This document shows positions 25,824 through 35,591 of a stretch of DNA of 64,000 bases, one piece after another. Below the pieces are notes generated by a model. The model had not been told where the DNA came from. It saw nothing but the letters and a program-made list of their open reading frames with translations, and did not search any database. Positions within the stretch are counted from its first letter, which is position 1; every line of letters begins with the position of its first letter. Position numbers and translations under genes: made by a program. The DNA is from an uncultured Candidatus Saccharibacteria bacterium (lineage in GTDB: Bacteria > Patescibacteriota > Saccharimonadia > CAZHVB01), in contig CAZRIY010000001.1 of NCBI GenBank assembly GCA_964600295.1, positions 91,282 through 155,281 of the forward strand, read 5' to 3'.

Positions 25824-27915
25824 CCATTGCCTCGCTGAGACTGTCTACCAAAATCTCTCGCGGACGCGAACCATCGGGTGCTGAAACCACACCGCGTTCT
25901 TCTAACATGTCCAGTAATCGGGCGGCTCGAGCATAACCAATGCGGAGTCGGCGCTGCAGTAGCGAGGCCGAAGCTTTACGACTCTCAATTACCAAGCGGG
26001 CGGCTTCGTTTAGCAAACTATCATCGCCGCCCTCCCAATCTTCATTACTCAGGTGGCCGCGGCCAACTTTGACTTTCTGGGTTAGCACCTCTTGGTTGTA
26101 AGCCGGTTCCCGGGCCGCGCGGAGATAATTGGTGACAGCATTAATCTCTTTGTCATTGACGAAGACTCCCTGGATGCGGCGCGGCTTGATGAAATCTGGC
26201 GCCAAAAACAGCATATCGCCCCGACCCAGCAGTTTCTCGGCTCCACCTTGATCGATGATGGTCCGGGAATCGACTTGGCTAACTGTACTAAAGGCCAAGC
26301 GAGCGGGTATATTAGCCTTGATCAGTCCGGTAATAATATTGACGCTGGGCCGCTGCGTGGCAATAGCCAGATGAATACCCGTAGCCCGCGCTTTTTGAGC
26401 AATTCGGACAATCAGAGTTTCTACGTCTTGGGGCGATATCATCATTAAATCCGCCAACTCATCAATAATAATGATGATGTAGGGCATATGATCTTCGCGA
26501 GCCGCCGCATTGAACTCATCAATATTACGCTTGCCCAACTCGGCAAACAGCGAGTAGCGTCGCTCCATCTCGGCTACCGACCATTTTAGGGCCGAAATAC
26601 ATCTCTCCGGGTCAACAATTACCGGCGCCAGCAGGTGGGGAATATCCTCATAAAGCTTCAGTTCTACTCGTTTGGGATCGACCAGGATTAGTTTTAGCTC
26701 GGCCGGGCTGTGCCGATACAGCAAACTCATGAGCAGTGAGTTGATCATAATTGATTTGCCGGACCCGGTGGCACCCGCGATTAGCAGGTGGGGCATATTG
26801 GCCAGATCAGTCACTACCGCCGCCCCGGCAATGTCCTTACCCAGGCTAAAGGTCAGCGGCTGCTTGTTGCGGCGCCACTGCTCCGAAGTCAGGATTTCTT
26901 TGAGACGGACGATAGCAATTTTGCGATTAGGGACCTCGATACCGACTGCACTTTTACCGGGAATCGGGGCTTCGATACGGATGGGATGAGCGGCCAGATT
27001 AAGCTCCAGGTTGTTGGCCAGTTCGGTAATCTTAGACAGTTTAACGTTGGCTTCTGGACGAAAGGTATATTGGGTAACCGTCGGCCCGATATTGACTTCC
27101 TCCATGGCCACTTTGATACCGAAGTTGGCCAAGGTTTTAGCAATGATTTCGGCATTTTGCTCGGGGTTGCCGGCATCGGCCTCCCCACCCTTGTCCTCGA
27201 GTAAATCGAGGCTGGGGAAGGACCATTCGGGGTCAATTTTACTGGTTAAGACTTCGGGTTCTTCGCGAGGTGCGGTATCGACACCCGTTACTTCCGGGCT
27301 ATTTTGGCCGGTTACCAGCGGCACCTTGGCATTGATTTTGGGTCCCACAGCTCGGTTTTGCAGCTGCTCGCCAAGATCGTCATCGCGGCTGCGGCTCCGA
27401 TTAATTAGAGTTTTGATTAATTTGCTGAATTGGACGTTTAGCGCCAGTACCAAACCGATCAATAGCAGGGCCACCAAAATAATTATGACGGCCGGACGAC
27501 TCAGCAGCGCCAGTAGCAGGCGGCTCAATAAATAACCAAAAAAACCACCACCACGGCCATCTTGGGCAACTAGTAAACTGTTATCTTCGGCCACAAAGGC
27601 ATGTAATAGGCCCGCACCACTAAAAATAGTCAGTGCCAAGCCGCTCCAATTGGCCAGTCGATATTGCCTTTCGCCACTAAATAATTGCCAGGCTAGAAAT
27701 AGCAACAACAGCGGTAAAGTGTAGGCTACATAGCCCATAACTACTTGCAGTGCCTTTAATAAGCCGGCAGTTAAAGCCCCACCCGCCCCAGCAAAAGCAA
27801 TTACTAGTAATATAGCCACAGCCACCAGCGCAATAGCTACAACTTCGCGGCCGATCTCTGGTGAAATTTTCGTGTCTTGAGCCTTTTTGGGCTTCGAGCT
27901 TTTGCGCTTAGCCAT
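25798..27915 (-). CDS. ftsK: DNA translocase FtsK/SpoIIIE
   Basis: The product has N-terminal TM helices, a linker, a motor domain with Walker A (GATGSGKS) and a C-terminal gamma wHTH. Confidence 0.9.
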   Translation of the reverse strand: MAKRKSSKPKKAQDTKISPEIGREVVAIALVAVAILLVIAFAGAGGALTAGLLKALQVVMGYVAYTLPLLLLFLAWQLFSGERQYRLANWSGLALTIFSGAGLLHAFVAEDNSLLVAQDGRGGGFFGYLLSRLLLALLSRPAVIIILVALLLIGLVLALNVQFSKLIKTLINRSRSRDDDLGEQLQNRAVGPKINAKVPLVTGQNSPEVTGVDTAPREEPEVLTSKIDPEWSFPSLDLLEDKGGEADAGNPEQNAEIIAKTLANFGIKVAMEEVNIGPTVTQYTFRPEANVKLSKITELANNLELNLAAHPIRIEAPIPGKSAVGIEVPNRKIAIVRLKEILTSEQWRRNKQPLTFSLGKDIAGAAVVTDLANMPHLLIAGATGSGKSIMINSLLMSLLYRHSPAELKLILVDPKRVELKLYEDIPHLLAPVIVDPERCISALKWSVAEMERRYSLFAELGKRNIDEFNAAAREDHMPYIIIIIDELADLMMISPQDVETLIVRIAQKARATGIHLAIATQRPSVNIITGLIKANIPARLAFSTVSQVDSRTIIDQGGAEKLLGRGDMLFLAPDFIKPRRIQGVFVNDKEINAVTNYLRAAREPAYNQEVLTQKVKVGRGHLSNEDWEGGDDSLLNEAARLVIESRKASASLLQRRLRIGYARAARLLDMLEERGVVSAPDGSRPREILVDSLSEAMGADDFSET

Positions 27916-27964
27916 AGCATTAAGTATTCAGTATCGGCTATTAACTATCAAGTAAGGGGTGCGT

Positions 27965-29887
27965 TCAAGTCATCGGGTGGGAGTTGGGTGCCGAGTTGGC
28001 GGGCCGAGTTGGCGGGCCCTGGGCTTTACTACTACCCCCGACAGCATTAACAACCGGAATAATCAAAGGCGATCGCCCAGTATGGCTGAACAAAAAACCG
28101 TTGATTTCATCGCGCAGCTCTTGCTTGAAACGATTGATTTCGACTTTATTGAAGCGGCGCAGACTGAAACGGATTAATTGAGCACGTAAACTGTTCATCA
28201 GTTCCTCACTCTCTTTAACATAGATGAAACCTCGGGTAATGATGTCTGGCGAACTCAAGTTTTGACCACTGCGGCGGTCGATAGTCAGGACTATCACTAC
28301 AATACCGTCTTGGCTCATCAGCAGCCGATCTTTGATCACTAGACCGGGTACCATATCTCCAGTTTGATCTACTAGCTGGGTGCCGGCGGGTACCCGCCCG
28401 GTTTTGGCCGCGAAGCTCGTACCAATTTCAAAAACGTCACCGTTATCCAACACGAAGATATTGGGTTTAGGAATACCGTTCTCCGCCGCCAGCTCGGCAT
28501 GCCGGACCTGGAAGCGAAAGTCCCCATGGATCGGCATGAAATACTTTGGCCTGGTCAGCATGATCATCTCGGCTAGTTCGTCTCTGAGACCGTGCCCACC
28601 TACGTGCAAAATACCATGGGCATCGATTTCTCGCGTGCCTTGCTGATACACCCGCGTCCCTTCCCTCATTAGGCCATCAACAACTGTGGCTACCGCTTTT
28701 TCATTTCCCGGAATCGGACTAGCCGACAGGATGACTGTATCGGTTGGTTTGAGTTTAATAAATTTGTGCTCGCCTGAGGCCATACGCATCAGCACCGAGC
28801 CGAGTTCGCCCTGATGCCCGGTACTAATAATTGCCAGTTCGCGGTCACCAATACGAGCCACGTCCCGCATCGCCACGATTGTACCTTTGGGAATTTTGAT
28901 AAATCCATTACGGATCGCTAGCTCAATATTGGCCAGCATCGAGCGCCCATCAATAGCAATTTTGCGGCCGGTGCTAACAACGGCGTTGATGATCATCTGG
29001 ATGCGATTAATATTGGTTGATACCGCTGACACAATCAGGCGGCCATCAGCCCTCTTGAACAACTCTAGAAGCGTAGGCTCAATCACTTTTTCGGTTAATG
29101 AGCGGCCGGGAACTTCACAGCGAGTGCTATCACTCATCAGCAGTAAAACACCTTCATTGCCGATTTGCCTCAAGCGCTCCAAATCCGTAAGTCTGCCATC
29201 CAGTGGTGAAGGGTCGATACGGAAATCCCCAGTATGGACAATTTTGCCTAGCGGAGTTTCAATTACCGCCGCGCAGGAGTCGGGAATGGAATGGGTAACC
29301 CTGACTAATTCAATTTTAAAAGGTCCGATCACAACTTTTTCATGTAGTTCCGGATTGATGTAGCGTTTATCCAGATGCAAGTTGGGGTCGCGTTCTAGCA
29401 TCGGCCGCTCAAGCATATCCAGCGTAAAGCGAGAGCCATAACAGGGGGCTGGAGCTAGAGGGAAGAGATAGGGCATGGCACCGATATGATCTAGATGCCC
29501 GTGGGTAAAAACGTAGCCTCGAATCTTGTGTTTTATCTGCTCAAAGTAGGTAAAGTCGGGGATGGCGTAGTTGATCCCGGGCAGATCAATACCTAACCGA
29601 AAACCAGCATCGACTACAATGGCATCGTTACCATACTCAATAATGTTCATATTGCGGCCAACCTCGCCCAATCCACCTAGTGGCACAATTTTTAGCCGAG
29701 CTGCAGCGCCAAAGTGGCCGGCAGCTTGGTCTGGCTTAATCTGAGTGCCATAGGCCGAGCGGTTAATTGGCGCGCTGGTTTGCTCGGTAACCGCACGGCT
29801 GTGGGCTAGCTCTTGATTGCGCCGGCTAACGCGAGCAGCGGCCTTGCGAGAGGTATTAGAGGCGGTTTTTTTGTTGTCTTCGGGCAT
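27965..29887 (-). CDS. rnj: Ribonuclease J
   Basis: The product has a metallo-beta-lactamase HGHLDHIG motif, a beta-CASP region and an RNase J C-terminal domain; it is 640 aa. Confidence 0.85.
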   Translation of the reverse strand: MPEDNKKTASNTSRKAAARVSRRNQELAHSRAVTEQTSAPINRSAYGTQIKPDQAAGHFGAAARLKIVPLGGLGEVGRNMNIIEYGNDAIVVDAGFRLGIDLPGINYAIPDFTYFEQIKHKIRGYVFTHGHLDHIGAMPYLFPLAPAPCYGSRFTLDMLERPMLERDPNLHLDKRYINPELHEKVVIGPFKIELVRVTHSIPDSCAAVIETPLGKIVHTGDFRIDPSPLDGRLTDLERLRQIGNEGVLLLMSDSTRCEVPGRSLTEKVIEPTLLELFKRADGRLIVSAVSTNINRIQMIINAVVSTGRKIAIDGRSMLANIELAIRNGFIKIPKGTIVAMRDVARIGDRELAIISTGHQGELGSVLMRMASGEHKFIKLKPTDTVILSASPIPGNEKAVATVVDGLMREGTRVYQQGTREIDAHGILHVGGHGLRDELAEMIMLTRPKYFMPIHGDFRFQVRHAELAAENGIPKPNIFVLDNGDVFEIGTSFAAKTGRVPAGTQLVDQTGDMVPGLVIKDRLLMSQDGIVVIVLTIDRRSGQNLSSPDIITRGFIYVKESEELMNSLRAQLIRFSLRRFNKVEINRFKQELRDEINGFLFSHTGRSPLIIPVVNAVGGSSKAQGPPTRPANSAPNSHPMT

Positions 29888-29895
29888 GGTTCTCC

Positions 29896-30600
29896 TTAAC
29901 TTGGCTTGATAAGCTTCAAGATCTGGGGGATTTTGGCAAAATCCGCCGTCAAAGTTTCTTTTAGTGAATGCTGATAAAGGGCAGCGGCCGGATGGTACAG
30001 CGGCAAGTAAACTTGCCCGGCTTTGCGCTTGGGCTGGCCATGGTCTCGAGAGATAGCCAGGTCGGGCAAGAACAAGCTGGTGGCATGCCGCCCCAGAGTA
30101 ATGATTAGTTTTGGCCTAATTACCGCCAACTGCTGCTGCAAGTACGGCCAAAAGCTTTTAATCTCATCCGGCATCGGATCGCGATTGCCGGGGGGGCGGT
30201 ATTTAACAATATTAGAGATGTAGACATCCTCTCGGGTATACCCAATGCTGGCGAGCATTTCTACTAACAGGCGGCCGGCGGCCCCTACAAACGGGCGGCC
30301 TTGGAGGTCCTCGTCTCGGCCTGGAGCCTCACCAATAAAAACGATATCACTATCGGGATTGCCTTCGCCCGGCACCAGCTGAGTAGCTGTCTTGGCCAAC
30401 TCCGGACAGACCTGGTCATCAACCATGGCTTGAGCAATTGCCGCCAGCGCCTGGTGCTTAGTAGTGGTAGTTGTCAAAGTTGGATAATCTCCTGTTTTAA
30501 GACTACGGGTTATCCGGCCGTGGCGGTCGGGCGGTGGGAGGGTTGGGCGAGTCAGCGGCTTTCTTGCTGAGCTTGATTCGGCCGCGCTCATCAACCCCAA
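29896..30600 (-). CDS. Uracil-DNA glycosylase, family 4
   Basis: The motif GEGNPDSDIVFIGEAPGRDEDLQGRPFVGAAGRLL is present. The first ~98 nt of the ORF overlap the pnp 3' end, so the true start is probably an internal codon near 30423-30470. Confidence 0.75.
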   Translation of the reverse strand: MGLMSAAESSSARKPLTRPTLPPPDRHGRITRSLKTGDYPTLTTTTTKHQALAAIAQAMVDDQVCPELAKTATQLVPGEGNPDSDIVFIGEAPGRDEDLQGRPFVGAAGRLLVEMLASIGYTREDVYISNIVKYRPPGNRDPMPDEIKSFWPYLQQQLAVIRPKLIITLGRHATSLFLPDLAISRDHGQPKRKAGQVYLPLYHPAAALYQHSLKETLTADFAKIPQILKLIKPS

Positions 30601-32653
30601 TTAATTTAACCCTGATTTTATCACCTTCTTTAACTACGTCGTTAACAGCTTCCACGTGGTGGTCGGCCAATTCGGAGATGTGGACCAGGCCTTCTTTGCC
30701 GGGCAAAATCTCTACAAAAGCCCCGAAATCCAGAGTTTTGACTACGGTGCCATCGTATAATTTGCCAATTTCGGGATCTTCCACAATCGCCTCAATGGCG
30801 GCGATAGCCTTGGTTGAACCCTCGGCTTCTACCGAGCTAACAATTACCAAGCCGTCCTCACCAATATCAATTTCGGCGCCGGTATCGGCAATGATTCGGT
30901 TGATAGTCTCGCCACCCTTGCCAATCACTAGCCGAATTTTTTCCGGGTCAATCTTAATCTTGGTAATACGCGGAGCCGTATCGGCCAATTGGGCACGGGG
31001 AGCCGGTAGGATGCTCAGAATATGATCCATAATGAAGTTGCGGCCAGTCTTAGCTTGGTCGAGCGCCTGGGCCATAACAGCTGGCGTAATACCTTTAATT
31101 TTGATGTCCATTTGCAGAGCGGTGATGCCAGCTTCGGTGCCGGCCACCTTAAAATCCATATCTCCAGCAAAATCTTCATCCCCAGCAATATCGGACAGAA
31201 TAACCTGTTTATCTTCATTCTTAATTAACCCCATGGCAATACCGGTAACCGGTTTGGCTATAGGTACACCGGCATCCATCAGGCTAAGGGTAGTGGCACA
31301 GACGCTAGCCATCGAGGTCGAACCATTGGAAGTTACAACTTCTGAGACGCTGCGGATGGCGTAGGGAAATTCTTCTAGTTTCGGCAGAATGGGTTCGATA
31401 GCCCGCTCGGCCAAAGCCCCGTGACCAATTTCCCGGCGCCCCGGGGAACGCAAGGGTCTGATTTCACCAACGGAATAGGGCGGAAAATTATAGTGATGCA
31501 TAAAGCGCTTGGTGGTATCTTCCTCCATGGTATCGATAGTTTGGGCGTACTGGGGCGGGGCCAGAGTAGTGACGTTGATTACCTGGGTGGTGCCGCGAGT
31601 AAAAATTGAGGAACCGTGAGTTCTGGGCAACACGCCCACCTGGGAAGATAAGGGGCGAATTTGATCAAACTGGCGGTTATCCGGCCTCATGCCCTCTTCC
31701 AAAATGGCCCGTCGAACCTCGGATTTGAGAGCTTCATCAAAGGCAAAGTTAACGTCATTCTTGCCAAACTGGCTCTCTTGCTCGGCAAAGTGCGCCTGGG
31801 TTTCTTCGCGTAGGTTTTCGATGGCACGATGGCGTTGGTAATGATCTTCGTGGCGTACAGCCGGACCAAGTTTGGCCTGTAAAAAGGCGCTGATGCGTTC
31901 TTCTAGGTCTTGGTCGACTTTCTCAATCACATATTCTTTGGGGCTAACCCCGACTTTGGCCACCAACTCCTCCTGGAGTTTAATCACCGGCTGAATGGTT
32001 TGGTGGGCCAGCTCCAGCGCTTTGACCATGGTAGCTTCGTCTAATTCGCGGGCACCGGCTTCGACCATCATAATGGCTTCTTTGGTTCCGGCCACGGTCA
32101 AATCTAGCTTGCCGTCTTGTAACTCTATGTTGGTGGGCAAGGGAATCAGGCTACCGTTGGTCATACCGATTTTAACTCCGGCAATTGGTCCGGCAAATGG
32201 CGCCCCGCTTAGCACCATGGCCGAGGAAATCGCGATCATGGCGATAATCTCGGTTGGGTATATCAGGTCTGCCGAAAGTACGGTGGCAATACCTTGTACT
32301 TCGTGGCGATAACCCTTGGGAAACAGCGGCCTGATTGGTCGATCAATCAGGCGGGCGGCCAAAATGGCGCGATCACTGGCTCGCCCTTCGCGTTTAACAA
32401 AGCGGGAGCCGGAGATTTTGCCGGCGGCGTACATCCGCTCTTCGTAATCGATCATCATCGGAAAGTAGTCGGCTTCGGTGGGGGTGTTGGATACTGACAC
32501 CGTTCCCAGCACCACGGTATCACCGTAGCGAACGGTTACTGCACCATCGGCCAAAAAGGCTAATTGTCCCGTCTCAATAGTTAGCGGGCGGCCAGCAAAT
32601 TCGGTTGTGAGCGTTATTCTTTTACCACCAAAAGGGTGGATAATGTCTGCCAA
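30503..32653 (-). CDS. pnp: Polyribonucleotide nucleotidyltransferase (PNPase)
   Basis: The 716-aa product has two RNase PH domains followed by KH and S1 domains, and starts MADIIHPFGGKRITLTTEFAGRPL. Confidence 0.92.
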   Translation of the reverse strand: MADIIHPFGGKRITLTTEFAGRPLTIETGQLAFLADGAVTVRYGDTVVLGTVSVSNTPTEADYFPMMIDYEERMYAAGKISGSRFVKREGRASDRAILAARLIDRPIRPLFPKGYRHEVQGIATVLSADLIYPTEIIAMIAISSAMVLSGAPFAGPIAGVKIGMTNGSLIPLPTNIELQDGKLDLTVAGTKEAIMMVEAGARELDEATMVKALELAHQTIQPVIKLQEELVAKVGVSPKEYVIEKVDQDLEERISAFLQAKLGPAVRHEDHYQRHRAIENLREETQAHFAEQESQFGKNDVNFAFDEALKSEVRRAILEEGMRPDNRQFDQIRPLSSQVGVLPRTHGSSIFTRGTTQVINVTTLAPPQYAQTIDTMEEDTTKRFMHHYNFPPYSVGEIRPLRSPGRREIGHGALAERAIEPILPKLEEFPYAIRSVSEVVTSNGSTSMASVCATTLSLMDAGVPIAKPVTGIAMGLIKNEDKQVILSDIAGDEDFAGDMDFKVAGTEAGITALQMDIKIKGITPAVMAQALDQAKTGRNFIMDHILSILPAPRAQLADTAPRITKIKIDPEKIRLVIGKGGETINRIIADTGAEIDIGEDGLVIVSSVEAEGSTKAIAAIEAIVEDPEIGKLYDGTVVKTLDFGAFVEILPGKEGLVHISELADHHVEAVNDVVKEGDKIRVKLIGVDERGRIKLSKKAADSPNPPTARPPRPDNP

Positions 32654-32773
32654 TTCTTCAGTCTCTCCTTAGTTTGTGTATGTAGCAGGGTTAGAGATCT
32701 ATCGAGCCTAGATCTACGGCTCTGCTACCTACAGCTTATTAATGATCCGGGTGGGGGTCTGGATAGCCCACAA

Positions 32774-33040
32774 TCATCTCCTTAAGCCTAGTTTCTTAAT
32801 GACTTTCTGATAGTTAGTAAAGTCTCTTTTCCTCAGATAGTCAAGCAATCGGCGGCGTTTGCCAACCAGTTTTAATAGACCGTGGCGAGAGTGCTGATCC
32901 TTTTTGTGCAGTTTTAAGTGGTCAGCCAAAGCGGCAATCCGTTTAGTGAAAATGCCGATCTGTACCATGGCCGAACCAGTATCTTTGCCATGGTGCTGCA
33001 TGTCCTTGATTACTCCCTGTTTGTCAGTCTTAACTGCCAT
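32774..33040 (-). CDS. rpsO: 30S ribosomal protein S15
   Basis: The product is 88 aa and contains HGKDTGSAMVQIGIFTKRIAALADHLKLHKKDQHSRHGLLKLVGKRRRLLDYL. Confidence 0.92.
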   Translation of the reverse strand: MAVKTDKQGVIKDMQHHGKDTGSAMVQIGIFTKRIAALADHLKLHKKDQHSRHGLLKLVGKRRRLLDYLRKRDFTNYQKVIKKLGLRR

Positions 33041-33090
33041 AGTTTAATCATAGCAAGCCGGCCTGTCAGTGACAATCGAGCCAAAACAAC

Positions 33091-33756
33091 CTAAAACTTG
33101 ATTAGATGATCTCTTATCAGGGCGCGATTCAGGCCGGTCAAAGATAGGCTATCCGTTATATCGTAGTTACCAACTCGAGTGCGCCTCAGGCCGCTAAGGT
33201 AGGCCCCGGTGCCCAAGTTCTCGCCCAAATCTCGAGCCAGCGAACGAATGTAAGTGCCGCTACCCACCCGAGCCGAAATTTTAATCACTGGATACTGGTA
33301 AGCCAATAGCTCCAATTTATAAACTTTGACGCTGCGAAGTGGCATAGTGACTTCAGTTCCCTTGCGGGCTAGCTTATAGGCGCGTTGGCCACTAATTTTA
33401 ATGGCCGAGAAACGTGGTGGTGCTTGCTTTAGGGTGCCCACCAACTGACTCAGGGCCGTCTCTACCATCTGTTGGTCTGGTTGACGTGAGTTAATCGGAG
33501 TTAATTTACCTTCAGCATCGTCGGTGGCGCTGGTTGCCCCCAGCATAATCTCCGCTTGGTAGCTTTTATCCAGCTTGATAAACTTGGGGGTCAGTTTGGT
33601 GGCTCGGCCGATCAAAACCAGCAGCAAACCGGTAGCCAGGGGATCAAGCGTGCCGGCGTGGCCGATTTTTTTGACGCCAGTTATAGTCCTGAGCTTAGCG
33701 ATAACACCAAACGAACTTAGTCCCAAAGGTTTATCGATTAACAGTAAACCATCCAT
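33091..33756 (-). CDS. truB: tRNA pseudouridine(55) synthase TruB
   Basis: The N-terminus is LLLIDKPLGLSSFGVIAKLRTITGVKKIGHAGTLDPLATGLL. Confidence 0.9.
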   Translation of the reverse strand: MDGLLLIDKPLGLSSFGVIAKLRTITGVKKIGHAGTLDPLATGLLLVLIGRATKLTPKFIKLDKSYQAEIMLGATSATDDAEGKLTPINSRQPDQQMVETALSQLVGTLKQAPPRFSAIKISGQRAYKLARKGTEVTMPLRSVKVYKLELLAYQYPVIKISARVGSGTYIRSLARDLGENLGTGAYLSGLRRTRVGNYDITDSLSLTGLNRALIRDHLIKF

Positions 33757-33789
33757 TTAGAACAGGTTATAGAATCTTGGACCGTGGGT

Positions 33790-35103
33790 CTAGGTGCCTG
33801 TGGCTGTGGGGGGCGGCGGCACCACTGGAGGTATAGACGAACTCACCTGTTGGGTGGGCAACGAAGGCGGGGTGGGCATTTGTTGAGTGGCTTCCGCAAC
33901 CGCTCGGCGCGCTGCTTCAATATCCAAATGCGGAGTGGCCTGCCTACCGGTAGGCATGGTCGGTGGACCCGGTTGAACCGGCGGAGACGAAGGAGCGGGC
34001 AGTGGTTTAGTCTGAGCAGAGTCGAATGGTGGCTTGATCGCTTGCAGAGTAGGCTCGATGGGCGCTGGAGGAACGGGATCCGGCTCAGGTGGATTTGGAG
34101 CCGGAGCGGGTGGTTGAAACACCGGTTGCGGGGGTGGTACGGCTAGTGGCGTTGGTTTAGTAGGATGGTATTGGTTGGACTGGTCTGGCTTGGGTGATTG
34201 TTTGTCTGGCGCATCGTGTTTGCTATGATCAGATTTTTGTTTATGCTCGTGGTGCGCCAAGTCTTTCTCTACGGCTGGTGCCAGTTCGTTATCTGATTTG
34301 GGGGCGTGATCTTTAGTCTTATCTGGAATCTGGGCGTGAGACGGAGGCTCTTGACCTAGATTTTTGACAACAGTCGCCTGGTCGGCTCCAGCCGCCATTA
34401 GCTGAGCTGCCATAGTCATTACTTTGGGCGTCGTGCCTGGGCCCGTAAAGTGGTTGGTAGCGGCCACAATGCCGGTCAATAGCGAAGTGGCAATTTGGTT
34501 ATCAAGCAATCCTGGCTGCAACGCTTCGCTTAAACTCATTAACATCTCGCTGATTGAACTGGCCTGGGGTTCAATCCATGCCACTCTATCACTTCCACCG
34601 GCAGGATTTCCGTTGGTATTAATGGCAACCAAGCGAATCTTGGAAAGTAGTTGTCGTTGGTGGGCAATGGCTGGATCGAGATCTTGGGCCGATTCTGCCC
34701 CTACAGCTACCACGGCGTCACAATGAAAATCGCCGTAGGAATATCCCAAATCGTCTTTATTAAAATTACCGTTAAAGGGTGTGATAATAATTTTCAGCCG
34801 GCCTTCCTCGGGAATGTATTTAAGTTTATCGGCCTCGGCTTTACTAGTATCCAGCTCGATCACAAAATCGCGAACACCTTTGTATTCTTTGTGCAGCAGA
34901 TTGGTAGCCAAAAAATTGAGCTCGGCCGGTATAGCCGTGGAAATGATCGCTTCGACTCGTTTGCCCATTTTTTCTAGCATCTGGGTAAGAGCCAAGACCG
35001 CCGCAATTTCGTCCAAACCGGGTGATTTGGACGTTGTTACCACCAAGCTGTTGGCTTGGCGCAATATCTCGCTTACCTGCTGCTTTTGAGTTTGCTCATC
35101 CAT
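33790..35103 (-). CDS. DHH-family phosphoesterase-like protein (NrnA-like, motifs possibly degenerate) with a Pro-rich C-terminal tail
   Basis: The N-terminal ~300 aa has DHH/DHHA1-like topology and ends near GxGGH-like GPGTTPKV, but the canonical DHH triad is not evident. The C-terminal ~130 aa are Pro/Gln-rich and low complexity. Confidence 0.45.
   Translation of the reverse strand: MDEQTQKQQVSEILRQANSLVVTTSKSPGLDEIAAVLALTQMLEKMGKRVEAIISTAIPAELNFLATNLLHKEYKGVRDFVIELDTSKAEADKLKYIPEEGRLKIIITPFNGNFNKDDLGYSYGDFHCDAVVAVGAESAQDLDPAIAHQRQLLSKIRLVAINTNGNPAGGSDRVAWIEPQASSISEMLMSLSEALQPGLLDNQIATSLLTGIVAATNHFTGPGTTPKVMTMAAQLMAAGADQATVVKNLGQEPPSHAQIPDKTKDHAPKSDNELAPAVEKDLAHHEHKQKSDHSKHDAPDKQSPKPDQSNQYHPTKPTPLAVPPPQPVFQPPAPAPNPPEPDPVPPAPIEPTLQAIKPPFDSAQTKPLPAPSSPPVQPGPPTMPTGRQATPHLDIEAARRAVAEATQQMPTPPSLPTQQVSSSIPPVVPPPPTATGT
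33947..33969. repeat. In-frame copy of the palindromic element (TGCCTACCGGTAGGCA core), encoding MPTGRQAT in the DHH-like protein tail
   Basis: The sequence GGCCTGCCTACCGGTAGGCATGG contains a 16-bp perfect palindrome. Confidence 0.6.
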
Positions 35104-35213
35104 CTGGCAAAAATCCTTAAGTTAATTAAACTATACAGCATCTGCGGGGCGGGTCTCAATTGCGCCAAAAGATGCGATCGGCTATACTCACCGAGAGTAA
35201 ACTTGGGGTAGAT

Positions 35214-35591
35214 ATGCCTGTTACTAAATCGGCCGCTAAAGCCGCCCGCCAGAATTTGCGCCGTTATAAGCGCAATCTTAAGCTAAAAAACCGCGTCAAA
35301 GGCGAGGTTAAGGCTCTAATTGCCGCCATTGCAGCTAGTGATACCAAGGCCACCACCGAAAAGCTCAAAACCGCACAGTCAACGCTGGATAAAGCCGCTA
35401 AAACCGGTGTTATTCATGCCAATAAAGCCGCCCGCCAAAAATCTCGGTTGGCTAAGTTGGCTAGTGGCAAAACTAAAGCCGCCACAACCACATCCAAGGC
35501 ACAGGCCAAACCTATCTTGCCTACCGGCAGGCAGGCAACCAAAGCCACCCCTAAACCCGCACCCAAAACTGCTGCCAAGAAAGCTTCTTAG
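35214..35591 (+). CDS. rpsT: 30S ribosomal protein S20 with a Lys/Ala-rich C-terminal extension
   Basis: The product starts MPVTKSAAKAARQNLRRYKRNLKLKNRVK. The ORF table begins at 35160, but the S20 homology starts at the ATG at 35214. It is adjacent to holA, as in Firmicutes. Confidence 0.85.
   Translation: MPVTKSAAKAARQNLRRYKRNLKLKNRVKGEVKALIAAIAASDTKATTEKLKTAQSTLDKAAKTGVIHANKAARQKSRLAKLASGKTKAATTTSKAQAKPILPTGRQATKATPKPAPKTAAKKAS
35517..35540. repeat. In-frame copy of the palindromic element inside the rpsT tail, encoding LPTGRQAT
   Basis: The sequence is TTGCCTACCGGCAGGCAGGCAACC. Confidence 0.6.
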
